Source: Zygnema circumcarinatum SAG 698-1b | Lineage: Eukaryota; Plantae; Zygnematophyceae | Assembly: GCA_037447605.1 (NCBI GenBank) | Contig: CM074806.1 | Location: 4,278,001 to 4,342,000 of the forward strand | Direction of reading: 5' to 3' | Length of the DNA stretch: 64,000 bases | Part shown: positions 12,256 through 23,615 of the stretch, piece after piece | Layout of the letters: each line of letters opens with the position of its first letter | Numbering within the stretch: the first letter of the stretch is position 1 | The notes under the pieces: model-generated | Seen by the model: only the letters and a program-made list of their open reading frames with translations | The model's database searches: none | Told to the model about the DNA's origin: nothing | Translations under genes and position numbers: made by a program

Positions 12256-13921
12256 ATGGATGGAGCGCTCACAGAGGTTCCATGCTGCACAGTCGTGGCA
12301 GCAGACACTGGGAACATGAGGTGCTGTGAAGACATCCACAAACCCTAATTTTCCTCACAGAACATTCAGTATTCTCCCGCTTTGGAATTCTGTTGGTTTG
12401 CTGAACGTCCGAGTGGGAGAAGAAGAGGAGGGATTAATATGATAGTGCACGAGTAGACATATCTTGAATGCCACCAAACAAGAAGAGATCACTCGGAATA
12501 ATAAGTACCAGTTGATGATAAGAAGAATCCACTAAAAGGTTCTGCTGTCGTTGAAAGAAAGTAAAGGAGAAAAAAGGTGATGATTCCCTAAAAGGATGAC
12601 ATTTCAGTTACATTAACTTCCTAAAGACCTAAAAACCCTGAAAAAGCCTCGACACTATTAGATTCTGATGATTGATGATGTGCATTTTATACCTTAATTA
12701 GGGCTTCTTCATTCCTCCATATTCCAGCTATGTCGCCTGCGGAAGGTGCGAGAGGCCAATCTCACAGACGGATGCGAGCTGGTCCAGCCAATCAAGAGTG
12801 GCCACGTGGCGAACATGGCGGTGTCAGGAATGCCAAAATGCAGACATGAGCGGCAAAAAGTATGAGGAGATAAAATTCAAGCGGCGTCAATTCAAACTGC
12901 AGGTGGGCAATGCGGCCTAGCAACGACGATACTAATACTTTAACGTCGCTTTTTAAATAGCAGAGAACCTTTCGGAAAGTAGTATTCCCGAATTATTTCG
13001 GGGTTTTGGAATGTGCATGTGGGAGATCCTCTCCCTCTCAAAACCCTCAATTGTAAGCCCCTAGAAGCTCTCAAACCCTAGAATCCCAGAACCCCGACAG
13101 CGCACTAGTCAGGAAAGTCATACGAACCCTGACAGACCCCGAACTTCATGTGGAAATTTCTGAGACTAATCATCCATGTGCCATGATGGCTCATCCATTC
13201 ATGCATGCCTCTAACAGTGCAACGAGCAATTCTTTTTTTCGGTTTTCCTTTGTTGATGAACTGTGCAGTTGGGAGTGCAAATTGGAGAGGAGGTTGTGAC
13301 TGTTGTCGCGTTCGACAAGACGGTGCGGTCTCTGCTCGGCTGCTCTGCTGACACGTGGTGGGCTTCCGCAGCAAAGCGGCCCGGGCAAGGTGGGCTGTGA
13401 CGTTATGCGGGAGGGAGCGGGAGAGGGAGAGGGAGAGGGAGAGGGAGAGGGAGAGGGAGAGGGAGAGGGTGAGGGTGAGGGAGTGAGAAAGAGCGACAAG
13501 GGAAGAGGGAGAGGGGAAGGAGAATTGGGAGTAAACGAGAGCGGGAGTTAGAGTTAAAGGAGGAGAAACGAAGAGATGCAAGGAAGAAGTAACCGAAGTA
13601 GTATATGCAACTCCAGGAGAAAAACATCAAAAAGTATTGGGTTCTTTGCGCTTGCAAACTCCTCTCTAAGAATAACATAAAAAACTAACTTGTGAAATAA
13701 TCTTTCTGCCTCGTAATTCACATATTTTGCACACTCCCCTCTTCCTTTTTTCTTGGTTATTTGTTGTATTTTTCTCAGCCCAATTCCTGCGGGATCAGTT
13801 GGAGGGCCTGGTGTGCTCGATGGCACTACGCGACAAAACTCGCGGAGTCGGTTCGGAGCTGCGCGTGGTCTGCATCACGCCGCTCTCTCCCTCCGTCTCA
13901 CAAATATTGAGTTCATTTTAA
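12256..13921 (+). CDS. Small stand-alone zinc-binding OB-fold protein (RPA1 C-terminal / DDIAS N-terminal-like), 167 aa; 4 exons; largely missed by the ORF track
   Basis: Exons 12256-12320, 12728-12902, 13269-13389 and 13779-13921 join in frame (504 nt). Protein: MDGALTEVPCCTVVAADTGNMSYVACGRCERP...WRCQECQ...KRRQFKLQLGVQIGEEVVTVVAFDKTVRSLLGCSAD...QLEGLVCSMAL...LRVVCITPL. It has a CxxC...CxxC pair and an FD..LLGCSAD motif typical of the RPA70C-like fold. The start has a gccATGG context. Confidence 0.75.
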
Positions 13922-14104
13922 GAAGATCCATGTTTATTTTTTTGGGGTTACTGTATTTTGTAGTTATTCAAGTGTTCGATCTCACATAAACTGGTCAACA
14001 AAAATGGCTCCTGTTCCTGTTGAAGCGCAATAAATGGGGTCAATGAAGATCGTACTAGATGAGGCCATTTGTGTAAATCCTTCACAGATCGGACCATTAG
14101 ACAA

Positions 14105-14885
14105 ACCAGTCGACTGGTTGGCAACCAGTGGTTGCGGACCGAAACAACCATTCGACTGGTTTGGAACCAGTGGATGCCACTGGTTGGCAACCATTCGAAT
14201 GGTTGCCAACCAGTGGCATCCACTGGTTCCAAACCAGTCGACTGGTTGCCAACCAGTGGCGCAGGACTGAAACAACCATTCGACTGGTTCGGAACCAGTG
14301 ATCCAATGGTTGGCAACCATTGAATTTCTGAAATTATGCCTTTTTGCAAAAATGGGTCGTTTGTGTTTTTTGGTTGGTTGCCAACCGTTGACAACTAGTG
14401 TAACAAGCCTGATGCGTACAGATGCGTACGGATTGGTACAGCAGAATCGTACGGTTGTTCGGGGATTCTGTACGGCCGAACCGTAATCGTTTTCTCCGAA
14501 ACGCCGACGGCATTTTGGTAACTGTAGCGTTCAGTTCGCTACAACTAGTGATTTAATGGTTGCCAACCATTTGATTTAATGGACATAACCATTCGACTGG
14601 TTGTCAACCAGTGCCGCCAGATCGAAACAACCATTCGACTGGTTGCCAACCAGTGGCATCCACTGGTTCCAAACCAGTCGACTGGTTGCCAACCAGTGGT
14701 TGCGGACCGAAACAACCATTCGACTGGTTGCCAACCAGTGGCATCCACTGGTTGGCAACCAGTCGACTGATTGCCAACCAGTGGCATCCACTGGTTGGCA
14801 ACCAGTCGACTGATTGCCAACCAGTAGACGTCCAACCATTGCCATCCAATGGTTGTCCAATGGTTGCCGATCCACTGGTCCGAAC
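14105..14885. repeat. Two arrays (about 14105-14325 and 14555-14885) of short palindromic units (A)CTGGTT-NNN-AACCAG(T) joined by palindromic linkers
   Basis: About 8 + 10 cores counted. Includes a perfect 90-bp palindrome at 14152-14241 centred on TTCGAA. Confidence 0.9.
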
Positions 14886-15574
14886 TGTGAAATCCTTGCT
14901 CTTTTTTCTGAAGATTCAATCAGGTTTCTTCTCTGCCCCTCTTCCTTCTCGCCCGCCCTCCGGCCCTTTCCCATTTCTTACTGTTCCTCTCTCCTATTTC
15001 CCTGCTGCTTCTCTCCGCCTACCTCCTGTTCACTTTCCCACTCTCTCCTTTTCCCTCTCATCCCTGCCTCTACCTCTCTCCTCCCGTTTCGCCACTTCTC
15101 CCACTTAACCCCTATGCATCCATCTCTCCTCTCTCTGCACACCCCTCCCCCTCAATTCTCTCCCTCCCCTCTCCCTCCTCCCCCTCCCCCTCCCAGCTCC
15201 CTCTCCTCTCTGCCCCTGTCCCTCCCCCCCATCTCCACCTTTACGTCTCCCCCCTCTCCCCACCTCCCCCCTTCCCCTCTCCTCCCCCGTCCCCTCTATC
15301 ATCCTCTCCCACGTTGAATTGGGATAGGCACAAAGGTGTACATGGCAAGTCTGAGCCTTCATTAGCACCCCTAGAAACGCCGCCTCAAATTTCTGGTCTC
15401 AGTCCATTTCTTTGCGACCACAGGCAACAGATCTCCAGCTCAGTTCAGTAACTGGATCATAGAACTGCACGGAATTGAAGCAACATGTAATACACAAATT
15501 GCTACACAAACGGAACTGGCAATACACACGTGACTTCCCCGTCACTTATCAATCAGCGGACACACTACAAAATA

Positions 15575-15617
<43 letters not shown>

Positions 15618-15977
15618 NNNNNNNNNNCCCCCCCCCCCCCCTCCCCCCCACTCTATGCTTCCCCCAAGCCCCTACGCTCCCAATCCTCAGCATATTAACC
15701 ACTATACTCAATTTAAAATAATCGAAACTATCTAACTAAAAAAATCACCTTTCTGTACATATCATCGAACGCTTGAATTGTGCCTCTTTAAAAAAATACG
15801 GCGAAGAATAACCTCAATGTAGAGAGCCATTAAAATCATACCTTCAGTTCGCCCCTCAGGTAGGTTGAAAAACCTTCATGTACGGAATTTATGTACGGTA
15901 GACGCACAATCAAGAGGGAAATACAAGAAACTGTCTTCATTCAAGTAAAAATTCTTACGAAATAAAAACGCTCTCAT

Positions 15978-16480
15978 TCAAGTGCTCGTTTCGTCCACCG
16001 ACGAATGAAATACGAAGGATGGGAACGACGTGGTGATGTCTCTGCATTGCCCCAAAGAACTCGTGTAAGGGAAATAGAAAATAGGGTTTCAAGAATTCGA
16101 GGATGTCAAGATTGGGCTTAATATTTAGGATTTAGAGATCTTTAGTTTCAAGATTTATAGGGTTTCAAGAGATTTAGGGTTTTCGAGATGTTCAAGGTCA
16201 TGAGACCTTCAGGGTTTCGACACTTTTTGGGTCGGAAAAAAGGACCTATAGGGTTTCGAATCTTTCGGGATCCAAGACCTCGTAGGATTTCAGGAACTCA
16301 AAGACAGGGTTCAAGGCAGGAGGAGGGTTTTGAAGGTTTCGACGAAATGCAGTTCTATTCTAATGTTGAAACTCTCCGTTCCAGCAGGAGGAGGGCTTCC
16401 GAAGGCCTTCATCTATAATACATACCTATTAAGAAAAACTAACCCAACCCAAACCTCGCTCTCTCTCTCACTCCCCCCTC

Positions 16481-16512
<32 letters not shown>

Positions 16513-19500
16513 TCTCACAAAACAGAGAACCCAGTCCTACTCACTTCAAGTAGGGCAGCGTCATGTTGGCCATGAGGGAGGGGTGTCTCTGCACGAGGCT
16601 CGCCCACTCCTCCGCGTCGATCCGCCCGTCCTGGTTTTTGTCGGCTTCCGCGAACGTCTGCGGCAACGGAGAACGGAGGAGGAGGGGGAGGACAAAGAAA
16701 CACGGACTAAAGTTTCAGTTCCGTTGGGCATAAAAGTACACGTCTCGTAGGAAGGTGGGGCAGAACGAGTGGGAGGAGAGAGAGAGGGGTGGATGACGTG
16801 GGGGAGAGAGTGGGAGAGAGCGCTCTGATACTTCTCTCTGAGGTTATTTTGAGTGTAAAAGTGATAGGGCCGACCTTATCTAAAATGGTCTCCACGACTT
16901 CCTCCGACAAGTTCATGTCGGACTCTCCGAGAAGAGCTAAAAGCATGCGCTTCACCTGCATTAAAACATTCAGTGAAATACGAGTAAATGTATCGGAACA
17001 TATTCAAAAAGCTACTAGAAGGCTACTATGATACATGCAATAACATGCAAAACGAACGATATGACGCTGAATACTAAACAGGGGACTGACAATCTTAAAG
17101 CAACAGCCACATGCTGTACCTCCTCTCGCTCGATATATCCCGTTTCGCGCACATCATAGAGCTTGAAAGCAACTGCCGCACACCACAGAAAAGAGGACTT
17201 GAATAAAAAATTCAAACAACAAGATATAGAATATCCGTTCTGTGCATTCTAACTTGCGAAACGGAAGGCAGTTAATTGGGTGGGCGCAAGAAAGTAAAAA
17301 GTAAAAAGAGCCCCAAATTCGACTCACAGGCAACTTTATCTTGGGCCCGAGCCATGGGGTGGAACACGCTCAAAGCTCGCACAAATTCGCCAAATTCAAT
17401 GACCCCATTTTTTTTGCGATCAAATATGTCAAAAACCTGCGTAAGATTTTCGTCCATTCGCAAAGGCAGGTTTCAGAATGGGGCCCTACTTGCTGCTTCG
17501 CTTTAATGGGAATAAGAGAGCTGAAGGCCTCTCTTGCACAGAGAGATAGGGAGAGAGCGCGAGAGATGGGGTAGATAGAGAGAGAGAAAGGGGGAGGGAG
17601 AGGGAGAGAGAAGGGGGGGGAGAGGGAGAGAAGGGGAAGAGGGGGGGCGGATGGAGAGGGGGAGATGGGGTAGATAGAGAAAGAGAATGGGGGGGGAGAG
17701 GGAGAGAGAAGGGGGAGTGGGGAGAGAAGAAGCGGACGGAGAGGGAGGGACGGGGGAGAGAGCGGGGAAGAGTGAGAACAAGAGACGGAGGGAGGAGGAG
17801 ATAGCGAGAGGAAAGGGGGTGAAGGGAGGGTGAGAGACGGGGGAGAGAGGTGGCGAGAAGGGGGGAAGGGAGAGGGAGGAATGGGGGAGAGATGAAAAGA
17901 GAGAGAGAGGGAGAGAGAGCGAGAGAAAAAGGAGGGGGGGAGAGTGAGAGACGGGCGAGTAAGGGGAAGATAACGAAAGAAGGGAGCAAGAGTCGGGGGA
18001 AGAGCGAGGGAAAGAGAGGGAGAATGAGAGGGGGGAGACAAAAGGGAAAGGGAGGGCAAGGAGAAAGAGAGAGAAAGGGGGAGGGAGGGAAGGAGAGGTG
18101 TAAGCACTCACCCGATTAGAGAAGAAGCTCTCCTTCTTGCTGTTCTTAAACAAAGCCAACTGAAACTCCTCCTGCAATCGATCACACGGAAAACCCTCAT
18201 CGATTAGATTTCACATGCATCCTTAAAAAAAAAAATTATGGTTGTGGGGAAAAACAGTGCACACTGACAAAAAAATCTGTCCGAGTGAAAAAAAAAAAAA
18301 AAAATGGGGGGAGTACCTTATGAATGAGTCCGTCGTCAATTACGGAACTGCTGATCTTCTTGAAGAGCTCATAGAGCGCCTCAACCTCACTCACGCTAAC
18401 TGCAAAAGAGCCCAAAAAGTCTTCAATACATTTAGGACTCCAAAACAAATCCGCGAAAAACCCGGACCATAAATCCAAAAAACTGAAACCCCCCGAAGGC
18501 CCCGAATCCCAAAAACGCAAAACCGCAGAAACCACGAAACCCCAATACCCGACGGTCCACCAAAACCCTCGATCCGCAGAAACCCCTGAACCCCAGCAAC
18601 CTTTCTCACCCCGCAAACCCCAAAAACCGTAAACCCTAAACCGTCGAACCCTAACACAAAACCCCAAAGCCTGAACCCGAAACCTGAAACCCTAAAACCC
18701 TAAAACCCTGAAACCCCAAAGTCTAAACTTTAGACACTGAGTCACTAACCCTAAAGCCGGAAACCCTAAAGCCGAAAATCCTGAACCCCAACCCCTCGAT
18801 CCTAAACCCTGAACGCTACCCCTGAACGCTAAACCCTAACCCTAAACGCTAACCCCAGACCCTAAACCCTGGACCCGTGACCCTCCACCCTAAACCCTAA
18901 GCCCCAGATCCAGAACCGTACAACCCTAAAACCTCAAACCCTAACCCTAAAACCCTCAACCCTCAAAACCCTAAAACCCCATACCCTCAACCCTAAAACC
19001 CTGAACCTCCTACCCTATGCCCTAAAACTTACAAACCTAAAACCCCTAACCCCCACACCCTAACCCCTGAACCTTACGCACTCTAACCCCTGAACCCTAC
19101 ACCCTAAACCCTAGACCCCAAACCCCTAAACCCTACACCCCAACCCCTAAATCCTACACCCTCTAACCCCTGAACCCTAACCCCTACACCCTAACCCCTG
19201 GACCTAAACCCGAATCCTAACCCCTGAACCCTACACCCTAAACCCTATACCCTAAACCCTGGACCCTAACCCCTAACCCCTGGATCCTAACTCCTGAACC
19301 CTACACCCTCTAACCCCTGAACCCTAACCCTTGGACCCTAACCTCTGAACCCTAAACCCTAACCCTAACCCCTACACCCTAACCCCTGGACCTAAACCTG
19401 AATCCTAACTCCTGAACCCTACACCCTAAACCCTATACCCTAAACCCTGGACCCTAACCCCTAACCCCTGGATCCTAACCCCTGAACCCTACACCCTCTA

Positions 19501-19619
19501 ACCCCTGAACCCGAAACCCTAACCCTAGCCCCTGGCTCACAGGCGGTCTCGTCCGCGAGCGTGACGGGGTCCTCGTAGCCCGGCGGGAGGCGCGCGAACT
19601 GCGACTGCCAGCACCCCAT
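15978..19619 (-). CDS. CBL: Calcineurin B-like calcium sensor with an N-terminal MGCxxS lipidation motif; 8 exons
   Basis: Exons 19619-19541, 18399-18317, 18171-18112, 17436-17328, 17172-17120, 16955-16875, 16657-16545 and 16041-15978. Protein: [62 protein letters not shown]...[26 protein letters not shown]...[18 protein letters not shown]...[19 protein letters not shown] (EF-hands plus the FPSF motif). Confidence 0.95.
18455..19535. repeat. ~1-kb degenerate telomere-like array filling CBL intron 1, with an internal ~188-bp higher-order duplication
   Basis: CCCTAAA/CCCTGAA/CCCTACA/CCCTAAC variants. The block beginning GACCTAAACC recurs at 19201 and 19389. Confidence 0.85.
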
Positions 19620-21227
19620 GGGCGCGCACAGGACGCGCCGCCACAGGACCCCGCCCTCGGCCAGCCTGCAAGGGGTTCAGGCGCGGGGGCTTAGGGTTTT
19701 AGGGCGGAGTGGCACTGCGATTGGAGGGAAGCGACGGGCAAGGGAGAGGGACCTGGGCAGTGGACGGTGTTTTAAGGCCTGCCCGGGATTTTGGACAATG
19801 GTGGGGGAAAGATATTTCAGGGGTGGTCCGTCAAGGCCGACGACATTTTGACCTATTATGAAAGTCGAGGGTAGGGGACTGGGCAAGGTGACGTCAGTGA
19901 GGGCGGTTGCTGTACGGTTTTTTGTCGGGAAGTGTACGAAATCTGTACGAGATTTGTACGAAAGGCAGTTCGAAAGGACGGCTCATGGTTGTTATCGGAA
20001 ATGCCATGATGGACGGTTTGTCGTGATCCCATGAGTCAGAGAGGCAGGGCACGTGGGTGCCGACAATGATTATCCGTATGGTTGTGGCGGCAGCTGGGCG
20101 TTCCATGTCTGAACGGCCGAAAATTTACAGAAGCAACAGAAGTGTAGCTGCTTCCATGCTTGTTTTTGTCGGTATTGCTCGAAGCCGACACTCTGTTATT
20201 AATAACGGCTTTTTGTCGTCTTCGGATCAGAAAGATATTAAAATGTACGGCCTGCGGTCAAAATAAAATCGTTCAAGCGTATCAGCACGTGAATGTGGAC
20301 ACGATTTCGGCTGTGAGATTCGGCGCCGACGTGTCGTGGCAGATTCGGAACCGACACGTGGTCAGAATCAGATACGACAGCTCATTTAAATAGTCCAACC
20401 AAAATATCTTCCCATATCGGAACTCAACGGATCTGCGAGCATGGAACGCCTTATCCTCTCCGCCCCCGCCCGCCCACGTCCCGGCCTCGCGGCCCGCCCA
20501 GGGCCTCCCCGCCAATCCGCCTGCCACGTATGCCTCGCCGGCTGCTCAGCTTGACCTGGCGCACTTTCGCATTTAGGATAACGACATGAATCCGTACATT
20601 ATTTTCGTACGTGTTTTGTCCATTTGTAACCACGTCAGCGAAAGCTGGCGTACGGACACACTAAAAGACAATTATGGTGGTACGGTCAAGAACCGACGGC
20701 CTTTATCGACTGACAGATGGTGTACGAACAACTCATTTCGGTCGTCACGTGACGTAAATCGGCTGGACATACCTGGACCGTACTGGCATAATCTTTTTGC
20801 AACGAACAGAATGAGTAGCATCTGATGTCATGACGTCACTATCTGTTGTTTTACGCCAAATCGTACAGCCGGTTCCGGTTGTTGTACCGATATATCGCGA
20901 TATGACCCTCCCCTCCCCCCCCGCGACCCCCTCCAAGTTGATGTTGCGAGCTCGTCCAAACCCTAATAGGCTTCCCCGCCTCTCGTCTCCCTCCCCTCCC
21001 TCCCCTCTTCAGGGACCTCTCTCTCTCCCCTTTCTCTCCCTCTCCCTCTCCCTCTCCCTCTCCCTCTCCTAGGCCTTCTCCCGCTTCCACTCCCTCTCCC
21101 TCTCCCGCTTCTCCCTCTCCCTCTCCCGCTTCTCCCTCTCCCTCGCCCTCTCCCTCCCCCCGCAGCATGGCTGCACGCGTCTCTCCAGAGGAGGCGAGGA
21201 GGCGGTGCTGAGGGCGCGCAGGCAGCC

Positions 21228-21892
21228 ATGGCTGACGTCATTTTGGAGTTTTTCAACGCGGTGAACCGGCGCGACCTGGACGCCATCGAGGCGTGCTACC
21301 ACTCCGACTACGTGTCCGTACAGCCCTGCTTCCCCGGCCGCCGCTTTGAGGGCCCCCGGGCGGTGCGCGCCCTCCTCCCTTCCAACCCAAATGCCAGCCC
21401 TAATTGGTGATACTATTACAACGATTATTTTCCTTAAAATAATGAACCTTTCGCCGATATCCTCCTGAGCTTGCTGGCTTTTCCGCGGTCTCACTTCTAC
21501 GAGGTCATGAACCAAAAGTTTAACAGTTCCATGCTGAGTCCTGGTTTCAGTTTAGCTGTCAGTTGCAGTCGTTTGTGGTTCCATGGACATAAGGAATGTG
21601 ATTTTTAATCCGCCGCGTTTGTTTCTCACTCATGGGACTCGGCTACGAGGCGGTGCTTAACTCTGAACGGAATTTTCGTAGGAGCTTTCGAGGCTGCATA
21701 ATATCATAGGGCCCTTCACATTTGACAGTTTGTGGGCATAGAAATGAATTGTCGTACAGTTTTCGTCTTCGCCGTTTTGCTGTTTGATTTCAGTTGAACT
21801 GAACGTCTGAGTCAATCTGGACTTTGTTCAGTCATATGCTTTCCTTCAAATTTCTTTTGTGCTGTCGTTCCTTTCGCTTGCTCTTCCTCTCT

Positions 21893-21946
<54 letters not shown>

Positions 21947-23615
21947 CTCTCTCTCTCCTCTCTCGCGATACTGATCACATGGATCTTAAAGATCACCGTT
22001 TGATTAGAGCCGAGGCACTCTCGCTGTGAAAAGCGTATCGATGTATCCATCTTTCTGGGCGACTGTAGCTTTGCAGAAGAATGTTGTGATTAAATGTGAT
22101 GTAGAATATATGTTTCTGCATCACATACGTCGTGAATATATCATCATTAAAGATGTGGATGGCGACAGAAATTAGGGGACACACGAAAGCCAGCAATTTT
22201 AGCCTAATTGAACGCGATTGAACTGTCCGTCCAGATGACCTTGCGCAATCGAAACTCAAAACCAAAACTTGAAGCCAAAAATTAGACGACTCACTTCTTC
22301 TCTCACCCCTCCCCTCTTGCACCCTCCCCCTTCCCCTCTTCCCCCTCCATCCTCCTCCTCCCCCTCCTCCCCCTCCTCCCCCTCCTCCCCCTCCTCCCCC
22401 CTCCTCCCCCTCTCCTCCTCCCCTCCTCCCCCCTCATCCTCCCCCCTCCTCCTCCTCCTTCCCCCTCTCCTTCTCCCCCCTCCTCCTCCCCCCCCTCCTC
22501 CCCCTCCTCCCCCTCCTCCCCCCCCTCCTCCTCCCCCCTCCCCCTCCTCCTCCTCCCCCTCCTCCCCCCCATTCCCCTCCTCCTCCCCCTTCCTCTTCCC
22601 CCCTCCCTCCCCCCCTCCCCCTCCTCCCCCTCCTCCCCCTCCTCCTCCTTCCTCTTCCCCCCTCCCCCTCCCCCTCCTCCTCCCCCCCTTCCTCCCCCTC
22701 CCCCTCCTCCTCCCCCCCTCCCCCTCTCCTCCCCCTCATCCTCCCCCCTCCTCCCCCCCTCCCCCTCCTCCTCCCCCTCATCCTCCCCCCTCCCTCCCCC
22801 CCTCCCTCCTCCTCCCCCTCCTCCTCCCCCCCTTCCTCCCCCTCCCCCTCCTCCTCCCCCCCTCCCCTCTCTCCTCCTCCCCCTCTCCTCCCTCCTCCTC
22901 CCCCTTCCTCCTCCCCCTCCTCCTTCTCCTCATCCTCCCCCTCCTCCCCCTCCTCCTCCTCCCTCCTCCCCCTCCTCCTCCTCCCTCCTCCTCCCTCCTC
23001 CCCCTCCTCCTCCCCCTCCTCCCCCTCCTCCTCCCCCTCCTCCCCCTCCTCCCCCTCCTCCCCCTCCTCCTCCCTCCTTCCTCCCCTCCCCTCCTCCTCC
23101 CCTCCCCCTCCTCCTCCCCCTCATCCTCCCCCTCCTCCTCCCCCCTCCCTCCTCCTCCCTCACCCCTCCCCCTCCTCCCCCTCCCCCCTCTCCTCCCTCA
23201 TCCTCCCCCTCCTCCCCCCCCTCCTCCTCCTCCTCCTCCTCATCCTCCCCCTCCTCCCCCTCCTCCCCCTTCCTGCCCCAGGTCCGGCATCTACGAGCAG
23301 CTGTGCCCCGCGTCCCCAGTCTTGATGCGAGGGGTTAAAAAGCGCCCGCGTCCTTCACCGGACTGGCGGGGAGGCCCGCGTGGCGGGCCGTGGAGGCGCA
23401 CCTCCGCCTGGGGCGGCCGGCGCCAGGGGTATAACCTCAAGGGCGTCTTCGTCATGGAGGTCGACGCGGGGAAGATCCGCCACGGCTCGCTCTACATGAC
23501 GCCGGTCTCCGCGGGGGGGGGGGACATCGACGCCTACGTGGAGGGCCTGGCCACGCCGGGGATGCTGGACAGACTCATGGGGGCGGGGGCTGAGAACCTG
23601 AACCCTGAACCCTGA
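21228..23615 (+). CDS. SnoaL-like / NTF2-family protein; 2 exons; exon 2 shows apparent frameshift(s), either sequence error or pseudogenisation
   Basis: Exon 1 (21228-21362) reads MADVILEFFNAVNRRDLDAIEACYHSDYVSVQPCFPGRRFEGPRA. After a ~1.9-kb intron, exon 2 starts at 23282 and hits TAA at 23336 in frame. The conserved C-terminus YNLKGVFVMEVDAGKIRHGSLYMTPVSAGGGDIDAYV lies in another frame. Confidence 0.7.
22295..23275 (+). repeat. ~1-kb (CCT)n/(CCCCT)n polypyrimidine tract in the SnoaL-like intron
   Basis: Directly visible. It produces the spurious poly-Pro/Leu ORF 22269-23615. Confidence 0.95.

Noticed and set aside
14105-14885. CRISPR array
   Set aside because: The units are 15-17 bp, the linkers are reused rather than unique spacers, there are no cas genes, and the context is eukaryotic.
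12256-14885. Helitron carrying an RPA-like gene with terminal hairpins
   Set aside because: There is no Rep/helicase ORF and no TC...CTRR termini that I can identify. The OB-fold gene has an ordinary host-like exon structure.
15577-15650. Poly-A tail of a retroposon (T run)
   Set aside because: It abuts a 10-N gap and a C run, so it is probably a contig-end artefact. No element body is recognisable.
22269-23280. Extensin/proline-rich protein (448-aa ORF)
   Set aside because: It is a translation of an intronic (CCT)n tract with no signal peptide. Only the last ~100 codons belong to the SnoaL-like exon.
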